Shown: positions 28,932 to 39,660, numbered from the stretch's first letter. The stretch: DNA of 43,044 nucleotides from an uncultured Bacteroidales bacterium (GCA_902779265.1 CACZAY010000027.1:1-43044); one strand, 5' to 3'. The notes: generated by a model from the sequence alone, not told the origin. Numbers and translations: made by a program.

Positions 28932-28947
28932 GGCCAATGGCGCAGCT

Positions 28948-30294
28948 TTATAGATTCTTCATCAGGAATGCCTTGAAGTCGGCAAATTCGCCAGACATCG
29001 GGAGCGACTGCTTCGTGCCGTTCATGAACTTCTGTAACGTGGCAGGAATCTCGACCTTCTGGCCGATGATCGGTTCGACCGTATCCTTGAACTTGGCCGG
29101 ATGTGCAGTTTCGAGGAAGACGCCGACCTCACCTGCGCGGAGTCCATCGACCAGAGCCTGATAGCCGCATGCGCCGTGTGGGTCGCAGACGTAGCCGTCG
29201 TTCTTCAATGCCGACTGCATGGCCTTCTTGATCTGCTCGTCGTTGTAGGTTGCACCGCTGATTTCGCGGCAGATGGCCTCATGAGCCTCCTCGGGCGTGA
29301 TTTCACGCTTCAGCTGCTGGCCGCCGCCATACAGGTTGACGATGCGGGCGAAGTTCGACGGAGCACCGACGTCCATCGCATTGGCCAATGTAGCCTGCGT
29401 GGCACGTGGGTTGTAATGACCATCGGCCAAATACTGGAAGAAGATGTCGTTGGCGTTGTTCGATGCGATGAAACGCTTGACGGGCAGGCCCATCTTGGCT
29501 CCGAACAGGCCGGCGCAGATGTTGCCGAAGTTGCCCGACGGCACGCAGATCACTACGTTGTCGGCTTTGCCGGCCTTCTTCAGCTGTGCGTAGGCGTAGA
29601 AATAGTAGAATGCCTGTGGCAGGAACCGCGCTACGTTGATTGAGTTGGCCGATGTGAGGAAGAACTTGTCGTTCAGCTCCTTGTCCATGAATGCCTCCTT
29701 GACCAGACGCTGGCAGTCGTCGAACACGCCATCCACTTCAAGCGCGGTGATGTTCTGGCCGAGGGTGGTGAACTGCTTCTCCTGGATTTCGCTCACTTTG
29801 CCCTTCGGGTAAAGCACCGTCACGTCGATGCCGGGCACGCCGAGGAAGCCATTGGCCACAGCCGAACCCGTATCGCCCGATGTGGCTACGAGCACGTGTA
29901 CGTTGCCCTTGGTGCTTGGGTGCTGCTTGACGAAGTAGCTCAACAGACGGGCCATGAAACGCGCGCCGACGTCCTTGAATGCGCAGGTCGGGCCGTGATA
30001 GAGTTCGAGGCTGTAGATCTGCTCGTTGACCTTGACCAATGGGATGTCGAACTGGAGCGTGTCATAGACAATCTGCTTGAGGTCGGCCTCCGGGATGTCC
30101 TCGCCGAAGAATGCCTTGGCCACCTCGAACGAGATTTCCTGCAATGTCATGTCCTGCATCCGCTCGAAGAACGATGCTGGCAGCGGATTGATGCGCTCGG
30201 GCATGTAGAGACCCTTGTCGGGGGCCAATCCCTTGATGACGGCATCGCTGAGGGTGACCTCAGGCGCGATGCGGTTGGTGCTGTAATATTTCAT
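28948..30294 (-). CDS. thrC: Threonine synthase
   Basis: GLAPDKGLY, LELYHGPTCAFKD, ATSGDTG, SANSIN, PSGNFGN, TAHPAKF. Confidence 0.96.
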   Translation of the reverse strand: MKYYSTNRIAPEVTLSDAVIKGLAPDKGLYMPERINPLPASFFERMQDMTLQEISFEVAKAFFGEDIPEADLKQIVYDTLQFDIPLVKVNEQIYSLELYHGPTCAFKDVGARFMARLLSYFVKQHPSTKGNVHVLVATSGDTGSAVANGFLGVPGIDVTVLYPKGKVSEIQEKQFTTLGQNITALEVDGVFDDCQRLVKEAFMDKELNDKFFLTSANSINVARFLPQAFYYFYAYAQLKKAGKADNVVICVPSGNFGNICAGLFGAKMGLPVKRFIASNNANDIFFQYLADGHYNPRATQATLANAMDVGAPSNFARIVNLYGGGQQLKREITPEEAHEAICREISGATYNDEQIKKAMQSALKNDGYVCDPHGACGYQALVDGLRAGEVGVFLETAHPAKFKDTVEPIIGQKVEIPATLQKFMNGTKQSLPMSGEFADFKAFLMKNL

Positions 30295-30378
30295 ATTCTA
30301 AGAGTTTTGAAAGGAAGTTAAAGGGGAGTAAAAGAGTAGTTAAAGGGACGTTTGCTGCATTTGTCCCGAACCTCGCAC

Positions 30379-30569
30379 TCATTCTTTTATCCCCTGGTTG
30401 TTGCAGATGCCTTGAACATAGGCGTTCAAGTACCCGCTCGCTCCCTCTAATTTATAATTCAAATCTTTTGCACAATCTTCTGTTGGTAGTTCGTGAATCG
30501 GAGCTTGTCCGCCTTGCCGAGTTCCTTTTGACTCTCTGCGATGATGTTGCGTAAACTGTTACGTTCCAT
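30379..30569 (-). pseudogene. Remnant of a four-helix-bundle (23S rRNA IVP/Avd-like) gene
   Basis: One frame reads IAESQKELGKADKLRFTN, the next frame DLNYKLEGASGYLNAYVQGICNNQGIKE*; both resemble parts of Prevotella four-helix-bundle proteins, with the N-terminus and middle missing. Confidence 0.6.
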
Positions 30570-30604
30570 TCTGGCGGCTTGAGCTATCGTCCCTTTCGCT
30601 CCCT

Positions 30605-30630
30605 GAGACGTGCCAATGGCGCGTCTCTAC
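30605..30630. repeat. GTAG-type REP
   Basis: GAGACGTGCCA-A-TGGCGCGTCTCTAC. Confidence 0.65.
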
Positions 30631-30653
30631 ACTCCATTTTCACTCCCCTTCTA

Positions 30654-31943
30654 TTACTTTTCGAGGAAGTCCCTGATGAACTGATCCTTCTCCAGCAGGC
30701 CGAATGCACCGTTGAAGCAGGCCTCTTCGTCGAACGACTGGACACCATCGGCCACAATCATGGCAGGGTCGGAGGCATCTTTTGACGGATGGTTCTGCCA
30801 GATGGCGAACGGCACAGGTGTCATCGTGTGCGTGCGATATTTGATTGGCGTCGGATGGTCGGGCAGAATGGCCACGCGCACCGGTTCTTCCCAGCTTGCT
30901 ACGCGGTTGAGGATTGGGCCGACGACCTTTTCGTCCAACATTTCGACGCACTGTTTCTTCAGTTCCGCATCGCCGTCGTGACCGGCCTCGTCGGTGGCCT
31001 CAACGTGCAGGAAGACGAAATCCTTGTCGCGCAGTTCGCGCAGTGCGGCATTGCGCTTGCCCTCGTAGTTGGTGTCCCACAGACCCGTCGCGCCCGGCAC
31101 TTCGACCTTCTTCAGGCCGCAATAGACGCCGATGCCGAAAATCAGATCGACGGCCGATATGACTGCGCCCGACTGGATGCGGTTGGGGAACAGCTCGTGC
31201 AGCGTCTGCATCTGCGGCCGATAGCCCAGGCTCCATGGCCAGATGGAATTGGCCGGGTCCTTGCCCTCCGCTACGCGATTTTTGTTGACCGGATGTTGGC
31301 CGAGCACCTCCTGGCTCCACAGGATCAGGTCGCGTAGCAGCTGCGCCGTGGCTTCCGATTCTGTATTTTCGGCCGATGGCATTTCCGGACGCCACGGTTT
31401 GCCGATGCGGTCGTGTGGCGGTGTGCATCGAACGAATTTCTTGCCGCCGCGGATCTTGAGCAGATGGCGGTAGCTCACGCCCTCGAAGAAGCGGATTGCG
31501 TTCGGGTCATTGGCCAAAATCGGGTTGTCGCTGTGCTTGGCGACGAATTCCGGCAGGCGCTGGTTGAGGTGTTCGATGAGCACGGCGGCCTCTTCGTTCG
31601 AGATGTTGCCGGCCGAGTGGTTCTTGATGTTGTCGCCCTCCAGACAGATGATGTTGCAGCGCATGGCCACTTCGTCGTCGTCGATGCTGACCTGCATGGA
31701 GGCGGCTTCGAGCGAGCCGCGACCTTCAAAGACCTTGGCCACGTCGTAGCCTAAAAGTCCGAGGTGGGCGATTTCGCTGCCTGGGTGGAAACCTTCGGGC
31801 ACGGTGACAAGTCGTCCGTTCACGCCTTCGCGGGCGATGCGGTCTATGTTCGGTTTGTTGGCCGCCTGCAGCGGTGTCTTGCCGCCCAACATGTCGATGG
31901 GTTCGTCGGCTGCGCCATCGGCCAAGATGATGAGATATTTCAT
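30654..31943 (-). CDS. Cofactor-independent phosphoglycerate mutase family protein (ApgM-like, proposed homoserine kinase)
   Basis: DGAAD, KTPLQAA.KPNID, PGSE.A, GRG.LEAAS, HVEATDEAGHDG, PDHPTP; located between thrA and thrC. Confidence 0.85.
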   Translation of the reverse strand: MKYLIILADGAADEPIDMLGGKTPLQAANKPNIDRIAREGVNGRLVTVPEGFHPGSEIAHLGLLGYDVAKVFEGRGSLEAASMQVSIDDDEVAMRCNIICLEGDNIKNHSAGNISNEEAAVLIEHLNQRLPEFVAKHSDNPILANDPNAIRFFEGVSYRHLLKIRGGKKFVRCTPPHDRIGKPWRPEMPSAENTESEATAQLLRDLILWSQEVLGQHPVNKNRVAEGKDPANSIWPWSLGYRPQMQTLHELFPNRIQSGAVISAVDLIFGIGVYCGLKKVEVPGATGLWDTNYEGKRNAALRELRDKDFVFLHVEATDEAGHDGDAELKKQCVEMLDEKVVGPILNRVASWEEPVRVAILPDHPTPIKYRTHTMTPVPFAIWQNHPSKDASDPAMIVADGVQSFDEEACFNGAFGLLEKDQFIRDFLEK

Positions 31944-31946
31944 TTT

Positions 31947-32002
31947 AAAGGGTATTTAAGGGAAGTGAAAAGGGAGTGAAAGAGGAGTAAAAGGGACGAT
32001 AC
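31947..32002 (-). repeat. GTATCGTCCCTTT-(TCACTCC)n repeat abutting the start codon
   Basis: Minus strand reads GTATCGTCCCTTTTACTCCTCTTTCACTCCCTTTTCACTTCCCTTAAATACCCTTT. Confidence 0.65.
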
Positions 32003-32046
32003 CATCGGCTGTTCCCTCTTTTTTGCCTTCGGTTGTGACTTCCCGC

Positions 32047-32077
32047 CTCCTCCCCTCGGGGAGGTTGGGAGGGGGTC
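32047..32077 (-). repeat. REP element
   Basis: Identical to 14717-14747; 3 nt after the thrA stop. Confidence 0.85.
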
Positions 32078-32080
32078 ATT

Positions 32081-34481
32081 TTATCTGATATTCGCGATGC
32101 TGATGATGTCGGCAAAGACACCGGCGGCGGTCACTGCGGCACCTGCGCCGTAGCCCTTGATTTCCATCGGCTGCTCCTTGTAGCGCGCTGTGGTGAGCAG
32201 GATGACGTTGTTCGAGCCCTCCAGACGGTAGAACGGATGCTGGTCATCGACCTCGCGCAGTTCTACGCGGGCCTTGCCGTCCTCCAGTGTGGCGACGAAG
32301 CGGAAGCGGTGACGCTCCTTCTCGGCCTTCTGGCGCATCTGCTCGAAGTGGGCATCGAGCTGCGGAATCTTCTGCCAGAACTCCTCGACAGGGCCTTCGA
32401 AATACTCGTCGGGGATGAACAGGTGCTTCTCGACATCCTCCTTCGAGATCTTGTAGCCGGCCTCGCGCGACAGGATGACAATCTTGCGGATGACGTCGCT
32501 GCCGTTCAGGTCCATGCGCGGATCGGGCTCGGCATATCCGGCCTCGCGTGCCATGCGGATGGCCTTGCTCATCGGGACATCGGCCGAAAGCACGTTGAAG
32601 ATGTAGTTCAGCGTACCCGAAACGACGGCCTCGATCTTCAGGATTTCGTCGCCCGAGTTGCGCAATGCGTTGATGGTCGAAATGAGCGGCAGACCGGCAC
32701 CGACGTTGGTCTCAAACAGATATTTGATGCCACGTTTGCGGGCGGTGCGCTTCAGCTGGCGGTAGTTCTCGTAGTCGCCCGATGTGCTGGAGCATCGACT
32801 CGTAGATGTTGGCGATTTCGGCCGATGCAGTACAATCGACAAACACGGCGTTGAAGACGTTCATCTCGGTAATCTTCTCGCGGATGATTTCCGGCGTCGA
32901 TGGCTCGGTGCTCGCGTTCAGCTGCTCCTCCCAAGTGGCAAGGTCGATGCCGTCGCGGTTGAAGATGCAGTGGCGGCTGTTGCTCAGGCCGACGACGCAG
33001 AGCTTCAGGTTGCGGTGCTGCAACAGATATTCCTGCTGCTTGTGGATCTGTTCGAGCAGGCTGCGGCCGACGAGACCCACGCCCGTCAGAAATATGTTCA
33101 GCACGTTGTAGTCCCACAGGAAGAACGAGTCGTGGATGACGTTGATGGCCTTGCGCAGGCTCTCCTTGGTCGTCACGAACGAGATGTTTGTCTCCGATGC
33201 ACCCTGTGCGCAGGCGATGACGTTGATGCCGTTCTGACCCAGGATGCGGAACAGCTTGCCGGCGATGCCCGGCGTCTGCTTCATGCGCTCGCCCACGATG
33301 GCGATTGTGGCCAAGTCATGCTCGGCCGTAATGCTGTTGATTTCGCCGAATTCAAGCTCCTTGGCAAACTCGCGGCGCAGGATTTCGACGGCGCGGTCGG
33401 CGTCACCGTTCTTCATGCCGATGGTCGATGAGTTCTCGCTCGATGCCTGGCTGACGAGGAACACCGAGATTCCGTTGTCGGCCAATGTCGAGAAGATGCG
33501 CTTGTTCACGCCAGTCACGCCCACCATGCCGAGACCCGAGATGGTGACCAAAGCCGTGTCGTTGATCGACGAAATGCCCTTGATGAACTTGCCGCTCACG
33601 TGCTTCGGATTGGCATGAATCAAGGTGCCCGGCGCGTCGGGATTGAACGTATTCTTGATGACAATCGGGATGTTCTTGTGATAGACAGGGAAGATTGTCG
33701 GCGGATAGATCACCTTCGCGCCGAAGTTACACAGCTCCATCGCCTCGACGAACGACAGTTCAGGAATCACGTAGGCCGTGTTGATGACGCGCGGATCGGC
33801 CGTCATGAAGCCATCCACATCGGTCCAGATCTCAAGCAGCTCGGCATTGAGCGCGGCTGCCACGATGGCTGCGGTGTAGTCCGAACCGCCACGACCCAGG
33901 TTTGTCACCTCGCCCGTCTTGCTGTCGCTCGAGATGAAGCCGCCCATCACGGCAATGCCCTTGTGGTCGGCAAATTGGCCGATGACATTCGGATTCGTAG
34001 CGTCGAAATCGCACACGTTCTTGCCGTACACGTTGACCGTCTTGATGATTTCGCGGCTGTCAACCCATTTTGCGCCGTTGATGACGGTGGCGATGATGCG
34101 GCTTGAGATACGTTCGCCGTAGCTGACCACGGTGCAGAGCGTCTTGGCCGACAGTTCGCGGATCAGGTAGATGCCATGATAGATGTTGCTCAGCTCGTCC
34201 AATGTGCCCGTAATGAAGAGTTTCACGGCGGTGAGGTCTTCGCCGTCAAGCAGGCCGTTCACTACGTCAAAATGACGCTGGCGGATGAACTCAAATTCCT
34301 GTTCGAATGTCTTGTCGCCCGCAGCAGCCTTGTTGGCCGTTGCAATCAGACGGTCGGTGATGCCGCCCAGTGCCGAAACGACGACGATGACGGGCTCGTT
34401 ACGGCTCTCGACGATTTGTTTGACATTCTTGATGCTTGCGATGGAGCCCACCGAGGTGCCTCCTAACTTCAATACGTGCAT
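32081..34481 (-). CDS. thrA: Bifunctional aspartate kinase/homoserine dehydrogenase I, interrupted by a small deletion at ~32783
   Basis: [29 protein letters not shown] domains, FVDCTAS; second frame has [33 protein letters not shown]. Confidence 0.92.
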
Positions 34482-34516
34482 ATTTCCTTGATGTTATGAA
34501 TTTCTTATTTGGGGCA

Positions 34517-34524
34517 CAAAGATA
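34517..34524 (-). promoter_or_regulatory. -7 box for the thr operon
   Basis: TATCTTTG on minus strand. Confidence 0.6.
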
Positions 34525-34729
34525 ATAATTTTTTCTCAATATGCCGCTTTTTCGGCCGACATTCCTGACAAATTGCAATTATTTTTGGCCAATTTGTTTG
34601 CTGAATGTTTAAAATGACTATCTTCGCACTCTTGAAAAACCTTCGCGAATGCCCTCCAAGGCCGTTTTTTGACCCCATTTCCGCCCGAAAACGCCATTGG
34701 CCGACATTCCATCAAAACTTTTTTGACCA

Positions 34730-35236
34730 ATGGAAATCCAACTCATCCGCATCGTTGAAGACACCACCGTCGATGGCCCAGGCTGGCGCACCAGCGTCTA
34801 TTGTGCCGGCTGCCGACATGCCTGTCCAGGCTGCCACAACCCCGAAACCTGGCCGTTCACGGCTGGCGAGGCCGTCTCTGTGGCCGATGTCTTTGACCGC
34901 ATCGCCCAGACCGAGGGCAACGTCACCTTTTCGGGCGGTGACCCCATGTATCAGGCCGAGGCATTCACCGAACTGGCCCGCCGCATCACGTCCGAGCTGC
35001 ACCGCACCGTATGGTGCTACACCGGCTTCACGTTCGACGAGGTCTTGGCCGATGCCACAATGCGCCGGATGTTGCCCTATCTGGAGGTCTTGGTCGATGG
35101 CCCGTTCATCGCGGCCGAGCGCGACCTCGACCTGATGTTCCGTGGCTCGCGCAACCAGCGACTGGTCGATGTGCAGGCCTCACTCAAGGCTGGCCACGTC
35201 GTCGAATTCGAGTGGGATCCGCGTCCGAAATTCTAA
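34730..35236 (+). CDS. nrdG: Anaerobic ribonucleotide reductase activating protein (radical SAM)
   Basis: VDGPGWR, CRHACPGCHNPETW, SGGDP, WCYTG, LVDGPF, FRGSRNQR. Confidence 0.93.
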   Translation: MEIQLIRIVEDTTVDGPGWRTSVYCAGCRHACPGCHNPETWPFTAGEAVSVADVFDRIAQTEGNVTFSGGDPMYQAEAFTELARRITSELHRTVWCYTGFTFDEVLADATMRRMLPYLEVLVDGPFIAAERDLDLMFRGSRNQRLVDVQASLKAGHVVEFEWDPRPKF

Positions 35237-35239
35237 AAA

Positions 35240-36040
35240 TTACTTGTAAGGAACAGGAATCGTGACGTGTTCCGTGCCATCGTTTCGAATAAACTTGAAT
35301 CGTATCTCCTTTTTGTCAATTATGGCCATTTTGACAATAAGGTCAGAAAACAATACATTGCGATTTTGTTCAAGGTAAGATTGCAGATATTGTTTCGTGA
35401 CGGATTTGATGTCCTTAATCTCTGGTAATCCAACAACAAATTCCAAAGTGTTCTTCTTTGAATCGGCCGAAATGTTTTTTAGGGTACAAGTACCGAAAAC
35501 CGGTTGCGGCAATTTGCGCTGCCTTAATCGTATGATGTCATCCCAGGACACTTTGCTACAGCGGAACTTTTCACCAGCCTCATAGGCCAGCTCATACTCT
35601 TTTACAGAGACTCGGGTAGAGCAAATAAAATGATTATTTGATGTGTAATAATCGAATCGCACATTTATCTCATTGTCAAGTACGAGTTTGACCTCTTTCA
35701 GCCCCTGCCATGCATCCATCGCAAAGGAAAACAGAAGCAATTGATTCAAGCATGAAAGTTCAATGCCGTCTGTAGATGGTGCAAGATTTTGTTTATTTTG
35801 GATTGTAATCTTGAAAATGGCAGTATCCGAAACAAGCGTTATTTTCGTTAATGACATGTCTTTGCCACCATGCCAATCCCAAACGCTTGGCAGACGCTTG
35901 TTGGTTTCTTCAATCATAAATTCAATAACCTCTCTTTGTGTATTTTGGTCGGCCAAAACAAAATTGTTGTTCATTGAAATGCAGAACAAGGTCAAAACTA
36001 CAGCAATCAATTTTTGTTTTAAACAGAGAAGTCTTTTCAT
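35240..36040 (-). CDS. AT-rich hypothetical exported protein with an apparent two-fold internal repeat
   Basis: 266-aa ORF; hydrophobic N-terminus; ATGA overlap with the upstream gene. Confidence 0.65.
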   Translation of the reverse strand: MKRLLCLKQKLIAVVLTLFCISMNNNFVLADQNTQREVIEFMIEETNKRLPSVWDWHGGKDMSLTKITLVSDTAIFKITIQNKQNLAPSTDGIELSCLNQLLLFSFAMDAWQGLKEVKLVLDNEINVRFDYYTSNNHFICSTRVSVKEYELAYEAGEKFRCSKVSWDDIIRLRQRKLPQPVFGTCTLKNISADSKKNTLEFVVGLPEIKDIKSVTKQYLQSYLEQNRNVLFSDLIVKMAIIDKKEIRFKFIRNDGTEHVTIPVPYK

Positions 36041-37374
36041 AGTTTTATATTTTCTTTTGTATCAATAATGTGTAGTCCTAAATCTTCATAATCAACTCTT
36101 TCTGCGTGCAGCATCAGTCGCGTAGCGGGCTTGGCAAAATAGAGCACATCGCCCACAATCGGATGGTCGAGGCCGAACGGCGAGGCCGCATGGAGCCGCA
36201 GCTGGTGCGTCCGACCCGTGACGGGGAAAAATTCGACCAACGTAGTTTTTTCATTGCGGCCAATGACGTTGTAGCGCGTCACGGCCTCCTTGCCGAACTG
36301 CCAATCCACCGTCTGTCGCGGACGGTCGTCGGGATTCGGGCAGATGGGCAGCGAAATCACACCGCAATCGCTTGGCAGCGAGCCTTCGAGCAGGGCCACG
36401 TAGCGTTTGCGGATTTTCTTTTGCTCGAACGCCAGCTGCAACTCCTTGTGCGTCTGCGCATCCTTGGCGGCCAACAGCAATCCCGAAGTCGCCTGGTCGA
36501 GCCGATGCACCAGCATGAAGGGCAGACGGCAGTCGGGATAACGCCGTTTCAGCCAGCTTTCGACGTTGGCCAATGTCGTGTCCTTGGCCGGCACGCTGAG
36601 CATTCTGGCCGGCTTGCTGACGGCGACCATCCGCTCGTCCTCGTAGATGATTTCCGGCTCGTCAGTGCAGCTTTCGACGCTTGGAGCATCGGCCAATGAA
36701 TCTCCCAACATGAACGACAGCAGCGGACTGCATTTCTCGATGCAGCTCGGATAGAATTGCCCATGCACGCGGCGGATGTTGCGCGGGCTGCGACCGTACC
36801 AGAATTCGGCCAATGCGACAGGTTTCAATCCGCGGCTGAAGGCCGCCTGGAGCAATCTCGGTGCGGCACATTCGCCGGTTCCGCCCGGGGGCAGGCCGCG
36901 CTTGGCATCGGCGAAAATCTGAACGATGTTGCGGTATGTGCCATCGGCCGAAACCACATCGAAATGGCGGAAAATCTCGCGTTGCAGGGCGATGCTCATC
37001 TCGCGGCGCATCTGGCGAAGTCCGGCAAGTTCATCGTTGTGCGTTTTTTTGTTGTCGGCCAATGCTTCAATCTCGCCGATTTTTCTGTTTATCTCGCTGA
37101 TTTCCGCATCCTTGCGCAGGTAGAAGTCATCGGGCGCGGCGAGGTCGTAGATGGGCGGCACGAAGTATCCGTTGGGGTCGCTCAGGCCGTTCACCACGCC
37201 GCTGTAGGCGCGTAGCACGGTCCCGTCGTCGCACAACAGCACGCCGAGCATCTTGCCCTGTTCGAACAGCGGTGCCCAGTCGGGACATTGGCCGATGTAC
37301 AAACAAAGTTCATCCGCAGCCCTCTTCAACAAGGGATGCGGATGATACAGATATGGGTTATTGATGTTTGCCAT
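36037..37374 (-). CDS. RluA-family pseudouridine synthase (long Bacteroidetes form)
   Basis: GKMLGVL, PPGGTGECAAPRLLQ, VHRLDQATSG, TGRTHQLR. Confidence 0.9.
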   Translation of the reverse strand: MANINNPYLYHPHPLLKRAADELCLYIGQCPDWAPLFEQGKMLGVLLCDDGTVLRAYSGVVNGLSDPNGYFVPPIYDLAAPDDFYLRKDAEISEINRKIGEIEALADNKKTHNDELAGLRQMRREMSIALQREIFRHFDVVSADGTYRNIVQIFADAKRGLPPGGTGECAAPRLLQAAFSRGLKPVALAEFWYGRSPRNIRRVHGQFYPSCIEKCSPLLSFMLGDSLADAPSVESCTDEPEIIYEDERMVAVSKPARMLSVPAKDTTLANVESWLKRRYPDCRLPFMLVHRLDQATSGLLLAAKDAQTHKELQLAFEQKKIRKRYVALLEGSLPSDCGVISLPICPNPDDRPRQTVDWQFGKEAVTRYNVIGRNEKTTLVEFFPVTGRTHQLRLHAASPFGLDHPIVGDVLYFAKPATRLMLHAERVDYEDLGLHIIDTKENIKL

Positions 37375-37380
37375 CAACGA

Positions 37381-39660
37381 TTAGTCCTGGTTGCCGCCAC
37401 GGTAGTCGGGACGGTTGCCGAAGTCGCGGCGCGGACGATCCTCGCGACGTGGACGGTCGCCGAAATCGCGACGTGGACGCTCACTACGATCTTCGCGGCG
37501 TGGGCGTGGCTCGAACTCGGTGTAGCCTTCCGGCTTCTCCTTCAAGACCTTCGATGAGAGACGGAACTTGCCGGTCTTCTTGTCGATCTCGATGAGCTTG
37601 ACGGTGACGACGTCGCCCTCCTTGATGCCGGTCTCCTCCATCGAGTTGTAGCGCTTCCAGTCGATCTCGCTGATGTGCAGCAGACCGTCCTTGCCAGGCA
37701 TGAACTCGACGAATGCGCCGAATGGCTGGATGCTCTTGACCTCGCCGGTGTAGATTTCGCCCTCTGCAGGCAGGTCAACAATAGCCTTGACCTTGGCCAT
37801 AGCGGCATCGATGTTGGCCTTGTTCGACGAAGAGATTGAAACGCGGCCCTTGCCGTCGGTCTCGTCGATGGTGATGACGGTGTTGGTCTCCTCCTGGATG
37901 CCCTGGATAATCTTTCCGCCAGGGCCGATGATTGCGCCGATGAACTCCTTGTCGATGTCGAATGCAACCATGCGTGGAGCGTGGTCCTTGAGGTCCGGAC
38001 GGTTCTCCGGCTGAGCCTCCAACATGCAGTTCAGGATGTGGGTGCGACCCTCCTTGGCCTGATTCAGAGCCTTCTCAAGAATCTCATAGCTCAGACCGTT
38101 GCACTTGATATCCATCTGGGTTGCGGTGATACCCTTCTCGGTACCTGTGACCTTGAAGTCCATATCGCCGAGGTGATCTTCATCGCCCAAGATGTCGCTC
38201 AATACGGCATACTTCGGTGAATTCTCATCCTTGATCAGGCCCATTGCGATGCCCGACACAGGACGGATCATCGGAATACCGGCATCGCGGATGGCCAATG
38301 TGGCACCGCAGGTTGTTGCCATTGACGATGAACCATTGGACTCAAGCACGTCCGAAACGACACGGACAGTGTAAGGGAAGTCCTTTGGAATCATGCCCTT
38401 GACGGCACGCCAAGCCAAATGGCCGTGACCGATTTCGCGTCGGCCGACACCACGCTGAGCCTTGGCCTCGCCCGTTGAGAATGGAGGGAAGTTATAGTGC
38501 AGCAGGAAGCGGTCATATTCGTTGCGGAGAACGTCATCGACCAGCTTCTCGTCGAGTTTTGTGCCCAATGTGCAGGTAACGAGAGCCTGAGTTTCGCCAC
38601 GGGTGAAGATGGCTGAACCGTGAGGGCCTGGGATGTAGTCAGGCTCAATCCAGATAGGACGAACCTCGTTCAATGCACGTCCGTCGAGACGGCTGCCCTC
38701 GTCGAGTACGCAGCGGCGCATAGCCTCGCGCTCCACGTCGTGGAAGTAGCGCGCAATCATGCCGAGCACCTCCTCGTCCTCCTGCTTCTCCTCTGGGAGA
38801 GTGGCGATGAAGTTGGTCTTGACCTCCTCGAAGGCGGCCTCACGCTCGTGCTTGTTCTTGTTGCCGCTCTTGGCGATGTCGTAGCAAGGCTGGTAGCAGA
38901 AGTCGTGGCAACTCTTCTGGAGCTCCTCGTCGTTCACCTCGTGGCAATATTCCATAATCGGCTTGCCGACAGCCTCCATCAGTTCCTTCTGCACCTGGCA
39001 GTGAACCTTGATGGCCTCGTGGGCAGCCTTGAGTGCGCCGAGCAGATCCTGCTCCGACACCTCGTCCATTTCGCCCTCGACCATCATGATGTTGTCGTAT
39101 GTTGCGCCGACCATAAGGTCCATGTCGGCCTGCTTCATCTGCTCGAAGGTCGGGTCGATGACGTATTCGCCGTTGATGCGGACTACGCGGACTTCAGAGA
39201 TTGGACCCTCGAACGGGATGCCAGAGACTGCCATTGCGGCCGATGCTGCCAGACCGGCCAGTGCATCAGGCTGGTTCTGCAGGTCGGAACTATACATGGT
39301 GACGTTTACAAACGTCTCGGCGTGATAGTTGCTTGGGAAGAGTGGACGCAGCGCGCGGTCGATGAGACGGCTGGTCAGAATTTCATAGTCGGAAGCCTTG
39401 CCTTCGCGCTTGGTGAAACCACCAGGGAAACGGCCTGCCGAGGCATACTTCTCTTTGTACTCCACTGTGAGCGGCATGAAATCGGTGCCGGGAGTAACGG
39501 TGCGCGAGGTGCAGACCGTGGCGAGCAACATTGTTCCGCCCATACGGAGTTCTACAGCACCATCCGCTTGCTTTGCAACCTTACCTGTTTCGAGTGTGAT
39601 GGTACGGCCATCGCTCAAGGTAATGGTTTTTTTGATTGGATTAACCAGATTGTTTACCAT
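37381..39660 (-). CDS. pnp: Polyribonucleotide nucleotidyltransferase
   Basis: [37 protein letters not shown]; KH and S1 domains. Confidence 0.97.
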   Translation of the reverse strand: MVNNLVNPIKKTITLSDGRTITLETGKVAKQADGAVELRMGGTMLLATVCTSRTVTPGTDFMPLTVEYKEKYASAGRFPGGFTKREGKASDYEILTSRLIDRALRPLFPSNYHAETFVNVTMYSSDLQNQPDALAGLAASAAMAVSGIPFEGPISEVRVVRINGEYVIDPTFEQMKQADMDLMVGATYDNIMMVEGEMDEVSEQDLLGALKAAHEAIKVHCQVQKELMEAVGKPIMEYCHEVNDEELQKSCHDFCYQPCYDIAKSGNKNKHEREAAFEEVKTNFIATLPEEKQEDEEVLGMIARYFHDVEREAMRRCVLDEGSRLDGRALNEVRPIWIEPDYIPGPHGSAIFTRGETQALVTCTLGTKLDEKLVDDVLRNEYDRFLLHYNFPPFSTGEAKAQRGVGRREIGHGHLAWRAVKGMIPKDFPYTVRVVSDVLESNGSSSMATTCGATLAIRDAGIPMIRPVSGIAMGLIKDENSPKYAVLSDILGDEDHLGDMDFKVTGTEKGITATQMDIKCNGLSYEILEKALNQAKEGRTHILNCMLEAQPENRPDLKDHAPRMVAFDIDKEFIGAIIGPGGKIIQGIQEETNTVITIDETDGKGRVSISSSNKANIDAAMAKVKAIVDLPAEGEIYTGEVKSIQPFGAFVEFMPGKDGLLHISEIDWKRYNSMEETGIKEGDVVTVKLIEIDKKTGKFRLSSKVLKEKPEGYTEFEPRPRREDRSERPRRDFGDRPRREDRPRRDFGNRPDYRGGNQD

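Noticed and set aside
30300-32080. CRISPR array from the short purine-rich repeats
   Set aside because: Degenerate ~11-bp tandem units without unique spacers; no cas genes
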